Shown: piece after piece, positions 40,444-50,069 of the stretch | Position numbering within the stretch: the first letter of the stretch is position 1 | Layout: every line of letters starts with the position of its first letter | DNA from: an uncultured bacterium | GTDB taxonomy: Bacteria > Verrucomicrobiota > Verrucomicrobiia > Limisphaerales > UBA8199 | Assembly: GCA_963749495.1 (NCBI GenBank) | Contig: CAVVMW010000008.1 | Location: 160,001 to 224,000 of the forward strand | DNA: 64,000 nucleotides | Direction of reading: 5' to 3' | Position numbers and translations under genes: made by a program | The notes under the pieces: generated by a model | Database searches by the model: none | Told to the model about the DNA's origin: nothing | The model's input: the letters and a program-made list of their open reading frames with translations, nothing else

Positions 40444-41829
40444 ATGCGCATCCTGTTTTCCTGGCTTTCCAAGGTCGTTTGCCTCCAGGCGCTGGTCTTC
40501 TCGGCGGCGGGCGAGGATTGGCCGCAGTGGATGGGGCCGGGCCGTGACGGGGTCTGGCGCGAGAGTGGGATCATCGAGCGGTTCCCCTCCAACGGCCCGC
40601 CGGTCCTGTGGCGAGTGCCCATCCATCCCAGCTACTCAGGTCCGGCGGTGGCCGACGGCAGGCTCTTTGTCCTGGACCGCCCCCCGGCAGCTCAGGGCCA
40701 GGCCGGGCCGGAAGGGCCGGCACAGGCAGTGCCGTCCGCGCCCGCGTCGCCATCGGCTTCCCCTGCGTCCGCGAGCGAGCGTGTGTTGTGCCTGGATGCC
40801 CGGACCGGCCAGGTCATCTGGGAACATGCCTATCCTTGCCCCTATAACATCGGCTATGGCGAGGGCCCGCGAACCACGCCCGCGGTCGCCCGCGGCCGGG
40901 TCTATACCCTGGGCGCCATGGGAGACCTGCTCTGCCTCGACGCGGAGCGCGGCCAGGTCATCTGGTCGCGCCAGTTCATGCAGGATTTCAAGCTGAGCCG
41001 CCCGCCGGTGTGGGGCTGGGCCAGCCATCCGCTGCTGGACGGCGAGCGCCTCATCTGCATGGTCGGCGGGACCAACAGCGCCGTGGTTGCCTTCCACAAA
41101 GACACCGGCCGGGAAATTTGGCGGGCCCTGACGGCGGTCGAGATCGGCTACGCGCCGCCGACGCTCTACACCATCGCCGGCCGGCGGCAGTTGATTATCT
41201 GGCACCCGGACGGGGTCAACGGCCTGGAACCGGAAACCGGCAACGTCCTATGGTCGCACCCATACCCCGTCGGCGGCAAACCCCAACGCCCCGAGGTCAC
41301 CATCGCCATGCCGCGGCTGGAGGGCGGCCGCTTGTTCCTGACCTGTTTTTACCAGGGTTCATTGCTCCTGCAACTGGCGCCCGACGGCCCAAAGGTGGTC
41401 TGGAACCGGCGCAGCACCAGCGATTCGGAGATGAATGACGGCCTGCACTCGGTCCTGGGCACGCCGATCTTCCGAGATGGCTTCATCTACGGCTTCTGCG
41501 GCTTGGGCGAATTGCGCTGCCTGGATGCCAGGAGCGGCAACCGCAAATGGCAGACCTACGCCCCAACGGTGGGCAAACAGGCATTCTTCGGCAATGCCTT
41601 CATGACCGAGCACCGGGACCGCACCTTCCTCTATAACGACCAGGGCGAACTCGTTATCGCCAGACTGCGTCCCGAGGGCTACGAGGAGATCAGCCGCGCC
41701 AAATTGCTCGAGCCCCTGGAGAAGACCCGCGGCCGCATTGTCACCTGGTGCCACCCGGCTTACGCCAATCGCTGCGCCTACGTCCACAACGGCAAGGAGT
41801 TGATCTGCGTCTCGCTTGCCGCGCCCTGA
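40444..41829 (+). CDS. PQQ-binding-like (BamB-type) beta-propeller protein
   Basis: DWPQWMGPGRDG; repeated LxCLDAxxGxxxW. Confidence 0.9.
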   Translation: MRILFSWLSKVVCLQALVFSAAGEDWPQWMGPGRDGVWRESGIIERFPSNGPPVLWRVPIHPSYSGPAVADGRLFVLDRPPAAQGQAGPEGPAQAVPSAPASPSASPASASERVLCLDARTGQVIWEHAYPCPYNIGYGEGPRTTPAVARGRVYTLGAMGDLLCLDAERGQVIWSRQFMQDFKLSRPPVWGWASHPLLDGERLICMVGGTNSAVVAFHKDTGREIWRALTAVEIGYAPPTLYTIAGRRQLIIWHPDGVNGLEPETGNVLWSHPYPVGGKPQRPEVTIAMPRLEGGRLFLTCFYQGSLLLQLAPDGPKVVWNRRSTSDSEMNDGLHSVLGTPIFRDGFIYGFCGLGELRCLDARSGNRKWQTYAPTVGKQAFFGNAFMTEHRDRTFLYNDQGELVIARLRPEGYEEISRAKLLEPLEKTRGRIVTWCHPAYANRCAYVHNGKELICVSLAAP

Positions 41830-41991
41830 GCGGCCACACGCGAAACCTCGGAGCGCAACTGCCCGTCCGACCGGTCAGATGCGCCCGCGTTCGGCTCGAT
41901 CGCGCCGCGCTGTCGTTTCGGAGGCCGCATAGTGCCTCCTTTCAATTCTGTCACCACGACTGGTGACTGGTGCCAATGTTTCCGATTCCCA

Positions 41992-42020
41992 TTGACTCAG
42001 CGGCCAATTTTGGCCATGTT
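41992..42020 (+). promoter_or_regulatory. Putative sigma70 promoter with palindromic operator
   Basis: TTGACT-N17-CATGTT with GGCCAA-TT-TTGGCC (42002-42015) across the spacer. Confidence 0.35.
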
Positions 42021-42042
42021 GTGCTGGATCGAATGTGAATTT

Positions 42043-42375
42043 ATGAGCGTGATCCGGGTTCAAGCCCAAATCCAATGGAATGCGTTCCGTGACCCTTCTA
42101 ATGAATTCTGGGTGGCGGTGTGCGAGCCCTTGAAGCTTACGGTCCAAGGTGAAACGTGGTCCGTCCTGGTGGAGAGCATCTCCGACACGCTCGACATCAT
42201 TCTGACCGATCTGGTGAAAACCGGGACCTTCGAGCGTTTCATGGAAACCCACGGATGGAAGATTCAAACCCCGCTTCCCGCCAATACGAATAGGTTACGC
42301 TTCGACGTTCCATTTGAAGTGAGGCGCCGGAATCCCAACTATGTCCACCATCCCGAGGGAGCACTTTGTCAATAA
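42043..42375 (+). CDS. HicB-like protein (paralog of 21422)
   Basis: WVAVCEPLKLTVQGETWSVLVESI...ERFMETHGW...RFDVPF. Confidence 0.6.
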   Translation: MSVIRVQAQIQWNAFRDPSNEFWVAVCEPLKLTVQGETWSVLVESISDTLDIILTDLVKTGTFERFMETHGWKIQTPLPANTNRLRFDVPFEVRRRNPNYVHHPEGALCQ

Positions 42376-42562
42376 ACTCCGCAGCCTCGGATACTCATTT
42401 CACGACAGGACAAAAAGGGTTGAGGTTTATAAGAAGGGCATTGATTACGTCTCGATTCCAACCCATAAGAAGGTCTGCGAATTGACTGTAAGGCACATCC
42501 TCAGGCAGTGCGGCTGTTCAGAACCTGAAATCGCTGATTTCCTCCACTGCGCTGAAACCTGA
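42341..42562 (+). CDS. HicA-like protein (paralog of 21723)
   Basis: FVNKLRSLGYSF...VSIPTHKKV..LTVRHILRQCG. Confidence 0.6.
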   Translation: MSTIPREHFVNKLRSLGYSFHDRTKRVEVYKKGIDYVSIPTHKKVCELTVRHILRQCGCSEPEIADFLHCAET

Positions 42563-42651
42563 TCCCGCGCCGTCTCCAGCTTCGCCGAAAGCCGGCCAGC
42601 GTCTGAATGACAGGGCAGCCTTCAAATTAGGACACGGCTTTTTTCCCCTGC

Positions 42652-42679
42652 TTGACACGGGCAGATTCGCTGTTACTCT
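42652..42679 (+). promoter_or_regulatory. Putative sigma70 promoter of the rpmH operon
   Basis: TTGACA-N16-TACTCT with an extended -10 TG. Confidence 0.5.
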
Positions 42680-42763
42680 CTCGCGTTCCGATTCCGGAGC
42701 GTTTCCTGACGAGGCGTCCAAGAGAACCGACGCGATGCGGCGGGTGCGAACCGAAGAGAGCCT

Positions 42764-42901
42764 ATGAAGCGACAATATCAGCCGTCGAAGATACGCCGCA
42801 AACGGCAGCACGGGTTTTTGAGCCGCAACTCGAAGAAGAGCGGCCGGGCTATTCTGCGCCGCCGACGCCGGATGGGGCGGCAGCGTCTGACGCCGGTCTA
42901 A
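42764..42901 (+). CDS. rpmH: 50S ribosomal protein L34
   Basis: [21 protein letters not shown]...GRQRLTPV; 45 aa, below the ORF-track cutoff. Confidence 0.96.
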   Translation: MKRQYQPSKIRRKRQHGFLSRNSKKSGRAILRRRRRMGRQRLTPV

Positions 42902-42915
42902 GCGGGGGCTGGCCC

Positions 42916-43296
42916 ATGGCCGGAGCGGCGGGACAGCGGTTGCGTTTCGGACGGGCGGCGCGCCTCAAGCAGGGCCGGGATTTCACCCGGCTCAAGCAGG
43001 GCGGAGAGCGGCTGGCGTGCGGATGCCTGATAGCCAATTGGCAGGAATTGGCGGCGGAGTCGTCCTCGCGCCTGGGGGTGATAGCGGGGGGCAGGATCGG
43101 CGGCGCGGTGGTGCGCAACCGGGCGCGGCGGCTGCTCCGGGAATCGTTCCGGCGGCACCAGCACGACCTGGCGCGGCCGCTCGACCTGGTGCTGGTGGCG
43201 CGCCCCTCGATTGTCGGCAAGGGCTTTGCCGACGTGGAACGGGATTTTTTGACAACGCTGCGGAAAGCGAGATTGTTGAAGCGGTCGAGTGGATGA
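42916..43296 (+). CDS. rnpA: Ribonuclease P protein component
   Basis: [18 protein letters not shown]; gene order. Confidence 0.93.
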   Translation: MAGAAGQRLRFGRAARLKQGRDFTRLKQGGERLACGCLIANWQELAAESSSRLGVIAGGRIGGAVVRNRARRLLRESFRRHQHDLARPLDLVLVARPSIVGKGFADVERDFLTTLRKARLLKRSSG

Positions 43297-43760
43297 AACG
43301 GGTGAATGCGGCTCAATACATCCTGGTCTTGGGCGTGCGCCTGTATCGCCGGGTGATTTCCCCGGCCAAGGCGCTCTTGTTTGGTCCGCTGGCGGGCTGC
43401 CGTTTCACGCCCAGTTGCTCGGAATACGCCATCGAGTCCATCCGCGCGCACGGGGCCCTGGCGGGGACATGGCTGGCCCTGAAGCGGATTGGCCGCTGCC
43501 ATCCCTGGGGCGGCTGCGGCTGGGACCCCGTCCCGGCGCCCATCACCAGGGACCTCCGAAGCCCGCAAGGTTTTGGACTGCGGCAGTCCTCTGCCGCTTT
43601 CGCTTCGCCCTCCCCAGGGGTCCGGAAAAGCGGCAGAGGACTGCCGCAGTCCAGAACGCTTCGCGCGCCAGGGACACGCGTCCGGTTCATAGGCAAGTGT
43701 CGAGGTTCAGAGGTCCGCAGCGCGAAAAGCTCCTTCCGGCGCATTCTTGAAAGGCCATAA
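43293..43760 (+). CDS. yidD: Membrane protein insertion efficiency factor, with C-terminus extended through a REP
   Basis: [11 protein letters not shown]...[17 protein letters not shown]. Confidence 0.9.
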   Translation: MKRVNAAQYILVLGVRLYRRVISPAKALLFGPLAGCRFTPSCSEYAIESIRAHGALAGTWLALKRIGRCHPWGGCGWDPVPAPITRDLRSPQGFGLRQSSAAFASPSPGVRKSGRGLPQSRTLRAPGTRVRFIGKCRGSEVRSAKSSFRRILERP

Positions 43761-43765
43761 TCAGC

Positions 43766-45580
43766 ATGGATCGCCAATCAACTATTGTCATCGTCATCTG
43801 TTTCCTCCTGTTCATGCTCTGGTCGTTGGTGCTGGTCCCCAAACTCTACCCGACAAAGCCCTTGCCGCCCGGCCAGACCAACGCCACGGAAATGGCAGAG
43901 TCGCCCACCAACCTTGGCCCCACCGCGCCGCCCGCGCCAGGGCAAGTCGAGGCCCCCGCGCCCGCACCGCTCGCAGCCTCGACCCTGGTCCTCAACACCA
44001 ACCAACCCGAGCAGTTGATCCAGGCCACCAACGCCAACGCGCGCTATACTTTCACCTCCTATGGCGGCGGGTTGAAGCTGGTCGAGTTGCTGCAGTTCCG
44101 GGAGACCAACTCGACGCGGCTGGACCAAACGGTCCTGACCAACCGCCCGGCCATGCTCGACGATCACACCCCGGCGCCGACGCTGGCGTTGCTGGACGGG
44201 GCCACGGTGCAGGGCGACGGCATCTTCACACTCACCAGGACGACCAACGGGGTGCGGGCGGAGAAGACGCTCACCAACGGGCTGAGTATCGTCAAGGAGT
44301 TCGAGCTGGGTTCGAATTACCTGGTGGTGGCCACGGTGCGGCTGGAGAACCGCTCGGAGCGGCCGCTGGAATTGCCGCCGCAACAGTGGTTTGTGGGGCT
44401 GGCCACCCCCATGGGCCCCGATGACAGGGGGGCAGCGGTGGGAGTCATGTGGTATAATGGCGCCAAAACCGCGGACGTGGGGCCCAGCTATTTTTCCTCG
44501 CGCGGATTTGCCTGCACGCCGCGCATCCCGCGGACCGAATATCTGGCCGGGGCCGGCAACGTGGTCTGGGTGGCGGCGCACAACCAGTACTTCACGCTGG
44601 CGGTGATGTGCCCGCCGCAGCAGCCGGCGCAGGCCCTAGTGGTACACCCCATGGAACTGCCGCGTCCCACGGGGCAAGAGGCGGCCATGCTGGCCACCAA
44701 CGCGCCGGCGCCCCAAGGCTGCGCAGCGGCCATGATCTACCCGGGGCAGAGCCTGGGTGTCAAACAGAGCATCGAGCGCCGCATCTTCCTCTACGCCGGC
44801 CCCAAGAAATACCAGACCCTGGCCCAGATCGGGGAGCGGTTCGGGAACAACCTCGATTTGATCATGGACTTCGGCTGGTCGGGCTTTGTCTCCAAGGCGC
44901 TGTTGCTGGGCATGAACTGGCTGCACGCGATCTTCTGGATTTCTTACGGCTGGGCGGTGGTCGGGATTACCATCATCATCAAGGTGGTCTTCTGGCCCCT
45001 GACCCAGGCCAGCACCCGTTCGATGAAGCGCATGCAGGCCCTCCAGCCCCAGATCAAGGCCCTCCAGCAAAAATTCAAGGAAGACCCCGTCAAGATGCAG
45101 CGCAAGATGATGGAGTTCTATAAGGAGCACAAGGTCAGCCCCATGAGCGGCTGTTTCCCCATGCTCATCCAGATCCCGGTCTTCTTCGGCTTCTACCGCA
45201 TGCTCGCCAGCGCCATCGAACTGCGCGGCGCCCATTGGCTCTGGGTCAAGGACCTGGCCAAGCCGGACACCATCGCCGTCATCCCGGGCCTGGGCCTGCC
45301 CCTGAACCCGCTGCCGCTCATCATGGGCGTCACCATGCTCTGGCAGGCCCAACTCACTCCCCCCTCTCCCGGCATGGACCCCACCCAGGCCAAGCTCATG
45401 CGCTACCTGCCCCTCATCTTCATCCTGACCTTCTACAACCTCTCCTCCGGCCTGACCCTCTACTGGACCGTCAACAACCTCTTGAGCATCGCCCAGACCA
45501 AGCTGGTCAAAACCACGGGCACCACCTCCCCGCCCACAACAGGTCCAGTATTGACGCCGCCCCCAAAAAAGAGGAAATAA
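43766..45580 (+). CDS. yidC: Membrane protein insertase
   Basis: SMKRMQALQP, GCFPMLIQIPVFF and SGLTLYWTVNN. Confidence 0.96.
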   Translation: MDRQSTIVIVICFLLFMLWSLVLVPKLYPTKPLPPGQTNATEMAESPTNLGPTAPPAPGQVEAPAPAPLAASTLVLNTNQPEQLIQATNANARYTFTSYGGGLKLVELLQFRETNSTRLDQTVLTNRPAMLDDHTPAPTLALLDGATVQGDGIFTLTRTTNGVRAEKTLTNGLSIVKEFELGSNYLVVATVRLENRSERPLELPPQQWFVGLATPMGPDDRGAAVGVMWYNGAKTADVGPSYFSSRGFACTPRIPRTEYLAGAGNVVWVAAHNQYFTLAVMCPPQQPAQALVVHPMELPRPTGQEAAMLATNAPAPQGCAAAMIYPGQSLGVKQSIERRIFLYAGPKKYQTLAQIGERFGNNLDLIMDFGWSGFVSKALLLGMNWLHAIFWISYGWAVVGITIIIKVVFWPLTQASTRSMKRMQALQPQIKALQQKFKEDPVKMQRKMMEFYKEHKVSPMSGCFPMLIQIPVFFGFYRMLASAIELRGAHWLWVKDLAKPDTIAVIPGLGLPLNPLPLIMGVTMLWQAQLTPPSPGMDPTQAKLMRYLPLIFILTFYNLSSGLTLYWTVNNLLSIAQTKLVKTTGTTSPPTTGPVLTPPPKKRK

Positions 45581-45649
45581 ACCGCCGGCTGACTGGATGC
45601 CGGATCCATCAATCACCATGTCTTAAACATCAACCAACTCACGACAGTT

Positions 45650-46099
45650 ATGCCCGCAGAACCTAAAGCGACATTGGAAACCCTCCTCCACGACCTGGGT
45701 TTCGACGCCACCGTCGAAGAGCATCACCTCGAAGAAGGCATTCTGCTCGATGTCAAAACCGAGGATTCCGGCCGCCTCATCGGCCGCCAGGGCCAGACCT
45801 TGTCCGATCTCCAGTACATCACCAACCGCCTGCTCTTCCAGCAGGATTCCTCCGCCCCCAAAGTCATGGTCGATGTCAGCGGCTATCGCGCCCAGGCCCG
45901 CGAGGCGCTGGTCAAAAAGGCCAAGGAAGCCGCCGAAAAAGTCCGCCGCTGGGGCGATGTAGTCGAACTGGAGCCGCTCAGCGCCTTCGACCGCCGCATC
46001 ATCCACCAGGCCCTCAAGGACGACCCCAGCATCGAAACTCACAGCGTCGAGGTCCAGGGCACGGACAAGAAGGCCATCCTGCTCCGGCCAAGGCATTAG
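45650..46099 (+). CDS. jag: Jag/KhpB-like KH-R3H RNA-binding protein
   Basis: LIGRQGQTL and RRIIH motifs; gene order. Confidence 0.88.
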   Translation: MPAEPKATLETLLHDLGFDATVEEHHLEEGILLDVKTEDSGRLIGRQGQTLSDLQYITNRLLFQQDSSAPKVMVDVSGYRAQAREALVKKAKEAAEKVRRWGDVVELEPLSAFDRRIIHQALKDDPSIETHSVEVQGTDKKAILLRPRH

Positions 46100-46300
46100 A
46101 GGGGCGAGGGGCGAGGGGCGAGGGACGAGGGGCGAGGGGCGAGGGACGAGCCGAGCCGAAGCCCGCAAGGTTTTGGCGTCGGCGCGGGGTGAGGGGCAAA
46201 GGGCGGGCGTTCACACGATGTTGCCAAATACCAACCCGCGCCCCCACCGGTCCCCTCGCCCCTCGCCCCTCGCCCCTCGCCCCTCGCCCCTCGCCCCTCT
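46098..46300. repeat. Inverted heptamer arrays (GAGGGGC)n...(GCCCCTC)n
   Basis: Read directly from the sequence. Confidence 0.9.
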
Positions 46301-46349
46301 CTGCACTTGTGGTGGAGCAAGGGCGCGTGGTATCCTTGAGCGCAGTCAG

Positions 46350-47354
46350 ATGAGTGCCAGTGACAAGCTGAAGATGGTGACCTGCGCCGGATGCGAGAGC
46401 AAGGCCTTCATTCCGGGCGACCTGCCCCCGCTGGCTTCGGTCCCGTGCAACAAGTGCGGGCACCCGATCATGATGCCGATGCAGTTGCGGCAGTTCGAGC
46501 TGCGCAGCAAGATCGCCTCCGGCGGACAGGGCAAGGTCTATCGCGCCTTTGACATCGTCCTGCAGCGCCTGGTCGCCGTCAAGCTCATGCGCAAGGAACT
46601 GGAGAGCGACCCGGTGGCCCTGGAGAGCTTCTACCGCGAGGCGCGCGCCTGCGCCTCCCTCAACCATACGAACATCATCCACATCTACACCTTCGATGAG
46701 TTCGAAGGCCAGCGCTACCTGGTGATGGAACTGGCCGACCGCGGCAGCCTGGACACCCGCATCGAGAAACAACAGCGCCTGGGCGAACTGGAGGTCCTGG
46801 ATATCGGCATCAAGATCGCCTCCGCCCTCGACCTGGCCCTCAAACACAACCTCCTGCACCGCGACATCAAACCGGGCAACATCCTCTTCAACGCCGACAA
46901 CGAACCCAAGCTGGTCGATTTCGGCCTGGCCCGCAGCCCCGATGCCCAGCCCGAATCGTCCGCCGTCACCGAGGGCACACCCTATTACGTTGCCCCGGAG
47001 AAAATCAAGCGCGAGCCCGAAACCGCCCTCTCGGACATGTACAGCCTCGGCTGCACCCTCTATCACGCCCTGACCGGCCATGTCCCCTTCGAAGCCCCTA
47101 CCGTCGAGGAACTGGTTGCCGCCCACGTCCACACACCCCTGACCCCGCCCAACCTCGTGGTCCCCGAGATCACCCAGCCCACCAGCGATGCCCTGGTGCG
47201 CGTGCTGGCAAAAAACCCCGCCGAGCGGTTCCTCAGCTACGACGAGTTCCGCATGGCCTTCGAACTGGCCCGCAGCCAATGGCTCATCCAGCACTCGACC
47301 CGGCCCCCGCCCAACAAAGGGAGCAAGAGCCGAACCAGTTGGTGGCGGCGGTGA
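46350..47354 (+). CDS. Hanks-type Ser/Thr protein kinase with N-terminal zinc ribbon
   Basis: CAGC..CNKC; VAVK, HRDIKPGN, DFGLA and GTPYYVAPE. Confidence 0.93.
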   Translation: MSASDKLKMVTCAGCESKAFIPGDLPPLASVPCNKCGHPIMMPMQLRQFELRSKIASGGQGKVYRAFDIVLQRLVAVKLMRKELESDPVALESFYREARACASLNHTNIIHIYTFDEFEGQRYLVMELADRGSLDTRIEKQQRLGELEVLDIGIKIASALDLALKHNLLHRDIKPGNILFNADNEPKLVDFGLARSPDAQPESSAVTEGTPYYVAPEKIKREPETALSDMYSLGCTLYHALTGHVPFEAPTVEELVAAHVHTPLTPPNLVVPEITQPTSDALVRVLAKNPAERFLSYDEFRMAFELARSQWLIQHSTRPPPNKGSKSRTSWWRR

Positions 47355-47358
47355 GGAC

Positions 47359-47470
47359 TGAATGACGAATGACGAATGACCAATGACGAATGCCCAAAAG
47401 GCACACCCACCCTCCGGTTTTGCCATTCGTCATTCGTCATTCGTCATTCGTCATTCGTCATTCGTCATTC
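47359..47470. repeat. Inverted heptamer arrays (GAATGAC)n...(GTCATTC)n
   Basis: Lies between convergent genes; may act as a terminator. Confidence 0.9.
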
Positions 47471-47517
47471 GGGAAACTCCTGTCCATTCGATTGAAGCGG
47501 CACTCCCCCCCCGGCGC

Positions 47518-49329
47518 TCACAGCCTGCCCACGCGCAGGCGCAGCCGGCTGAACTCCTCCAGGAGCGCGGCGCGGTCGGCGGCCCGGTATTGGTCCGGCA
47601 GATAGCGCCGGTCCGAGCAGGCCAGGACGGCGGCCAGCTCCTGCAGGCGGAGCAGGTGGGGATCGAGCGGGTCGATGAATCGAGCCACGGCCTCCTCCAG
47701 GTCGCTGCGCTGCACGTCATTGTCGCGGGTGGCCAGCACCGCGCGTTCCTTGGCCCGGATGAGAATGGATTCGACGTCGCTGCCGGTCAGGGGCAGCGCG
47801 CCGAGGTTCTCGCGGATGTAGGCGAGGATGGGCTCGCCAAGGGGGATTTTGCGGACCTGCGCCACGGTCGAGAACAATTCGAGGACGTCCTGCTGGCCCT
47901 GGGCGGGAAAGAGCGGGATGCAAAGGCCAAAGCGGCCCTGCCGTTTCATGTCGATGGCCAGCAGGTCCGGCCTGGATGTCATGGCCACCCAAAGCTCGCG
48001 CCCGCGCAACGTGGCATCGCCGATGTGCGCGGCAAAGGCGGCAAACACGCGCCCCGAGACGCCGCTGTCGCCCTCCGCCTCGCGCGTGCCAAAGACCGCA
48101 TCGGCCTCGTCCACCACCACGATCACCGGGCCGAGGGCGCGGATAGTCAGCAGGACGCGCATCTGCTGCCGCTCGGTGTCCCCAACCCATTTCGAGCGGA
48201 ACTCGCCCATTTCCATCACCGGCAGGGCGCATTCGCTGGCAAAACAATCGATGAGAAAGGATTTGCCGACGCCGACGCGGCCTGGGACCAGAACGCCGCG
48301 TTCGATGACGTCGGTCTTGCCGCCTTTGATGAGCCAGGCCAATTCGCGCAGCCGTTTCTTGGCGGCGGCGTGCGTGGCCACCCGGTCCAGGCTCACCCCC
48401 GGCTTGGGGTCTTTGAACCGGACCAACCCCTGGCAGTACTCCTCGATGAGGCGCTTCTTGCCGGCGGTCAGCAGGTCCTGGGTCACGCGCAGGCCGTTGC
48501 GGACGGCCTCGGCCAGGAAATGCCGGATGCGCAGCAGGCTCAGCCCCGCCGTGCGCGCCGCCAGTTCTTCCGGCGAGAAATCGCTCCAGTCCGCGAAGGG
48601 GCGTCCGCCCGCCATCGCCTCGGCCCAGCCCGATTGCAGGAACCGGAGCCGCTCCTCGGCGTCGGGCAAATCGATGCGCGTCTGCGCCACATAAGGGTTT
48701 TGCAGCAGGCGCGCGCTCAGCTCGTCCGCCGATTCGCTCAGCAGGATGACCCCGACATCGAGCCTGGCCATTTCGGGCGCCGCCGCCCACTTGAGGAACG
48801 TCACCAGGTTCAACCGCTCCTCGACGCTGGCGTTGGCCTCTTCGCACGCCGGGATCAGCTTCTCCGGGTAATCGATGACCAGCGTGACCCCGCGCCACTT
48901 CTCCTGCTCCTGGGCCACCCGCGTGAAAAACCGCCGCAGCACCGGCGCCAGCCGCACGAAATCGCGCGGCGGGCCCTGCTCGTGAAAATTCGTGCCTTCG
49001 ACGCTGTCATAGATCGAGAGCCAATCGAAAAAGCGCTTCTGCATCTCGCTCGACCCGAAAGTCAGGCCGTCGCTGATGTCGTAAAAGAGCAGGCAGACGC
49101 GCTCCGGGAAAAACCGCCGCACCAGGAAGGTCCTTAGCGGCACATACTGGAGGTTCCCATTGTCCTGGACGGGAAAGAGGTCATAAATGTCGCCGTGCAG
49201 GACGAACAGCGAGTAAGTGCCCCCGTTCCAGCGCCGCGCCAGGTCGAGGGCCCACCCTCGCAACGGCAGACGAGTTTGGGCTGCATTTGCTTGGGGCGGA
49301 CTTGGAGTGCTCGAATCAGGTGCGCTCAT
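47518..49329 (-). CDS. AAA+ ATPase
   Basis: Walker A GRVGVGKS, Walker B VVVDEAD, and MKRQGRF. Confidence 0.85.
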   Translation of the reverse strand: MSAPDSSTPSPPQANAAQTRLPLRGWALDLARRWNGGTYSLFVLHGDIYDLFPVQDNGNLQYVPLRTFLVRRFFPERVCLLFYDISDGLTFGSSEMQKRFFDWLSIYDSVEGTNFHEQGPPRDFVRLAPVLRRFFTRVAQEQEKWRGVTLVIDYPEKLIPACEEANASVEERLNLVTFLKWAAAPEMARLDVGVILLSESADELSARLLQNPYVAQTRIDLPDAEERLRFLQSGWAEAMAGGRPFADWSDFSPEELAARTAGLSLLRIRHFLAEAVRNGLRVTQDLLTAGKKRLIEEYCQGLVRFKDPKPGVSLDRVATHAAAKKRLRELAWLIKGGKTDVIERGVLVPGRVGVGKSFLIDCFASECALPVMEMGEFRSKWVGDTERQQMRVLLTIRALGPVIVVVDEADAVFGTREAEGDSGVSGRVFAAFAAHIGDATLRGRELWVAMTSRPDLLAIDMKRQGRFGLCIPLFPAQGQQDVLELFSTVAQVRKIPLGEPILAYIRENLGALPLTGSDVESILIRAKERAVLATRDNDVQRSDLEEAVARFIDPLDPHLLRLQELAAVLACSDRRYLPDQYRAADRAALLEEFSRLRLRVGRL

Positions 49330-49440
49330 GGCCCCAAGACTATCGGGCCTGCTGCGCCATGACAAGCCTGACAGAGGTCTTCCAGGCGAGAGCGCCGCAA
49401 CGGGCCAAAAGACTCGCCCCCTGAAGGAGATGATTGCCAG

Positions 49441-49677
49441 TCAGCGCGCCACCGGGTCGAACGGGCGAGCATGATGGATCTCATTGCGCGAAAGCGGGCG
49501 GATTTGAGCGGCGGAAACTCTCGTGATCGCAACTGTCCAACCGTCGAAGGTGGTGAACTCAACCATGTAACTGTTGCCGCCCTTATAAGCGTGAAGCACC
49601 GCGCCTACGTCCCCCGCCGTCAGCCCATGTTCCGGCAGATTCACGGTCAGTGCCACGCAATCGAGTTCAGTAATCAT
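49441..49677 (-). CDS. DUF4926 protein
   Basis: ELDCVALTVNLPEHGLTAGDVGAV...YMVEF. Confidence 0.8.
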   Translation of the reverse strand: MITELDCVALTVNLPEHGLTAGDVGAVLHAYKGGNSYMVEFTTFDGWTVAITRVSAAQIRPLSRNEIHHARPFDPVAR

Positions 49678-50012
49678 GCTTCCAAAGGATACGCGGTGAT
49701 GAAGCGTGGGGCAAGCTCCCCGGTTTCCATCAGCCAAATCGTCCGTACGCGCGGTAGGCGTCCCGAAGGGGTCTTCATTCTGCCCTCGACGAGGTAAGTG
49801 ACGCCGTCGGCGTCTTCTAACGCCTCGGAGACCGGGTTCTCCTGCGCGTGCGCTCGTAACGCCGCGGCCAGCTCCTCCCATTGTTCACGCTGAAAGCCAA
49901 AGTGAATAAAAAACCTCGCTTTCCCGTGGCCAATCGGATGATCGAGCTGTAACAAATAACCCTCAACTTTGCTGCGCAGGACGATGGCAGATTCGGCGCG
50001 TGGTAGTTTCAT
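49674..50012 (-). CDS. DUF6883 protein (TA-like partner of DUF4926)
   Basis: KVEGYLL..HPIGHGKARFF...PRFITAYP. Confidence 0.78.
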   Translation of the reverse strand: MKLPRAESAIVLRSKVEGYLLQLDHPIGHGKARFFIHFGFQREQWEELAAALRAHAQENPVSEALEDADGVTYLVEGRMKTPSGRLPRVRTIWLMETGELAPRFITAYPLEA

Positions 50013-50069
50013 GTTTTGCCTGGTAGCAAGAGCTTCGATCTGGTCTGGGCGGGGCACGATCCGGCTGCC

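Noticed and set aside
42560..42764. oriC next to rpmH
   Set aside because: No dnaA gene and no cluster of TTATCCACA boxes was seen.
47359..47470. Tandem arrays as a CRISPR array
   Set aside because: Units are 7 bp, with no unique spacers between 25-45-bp repeats and no cas genes.
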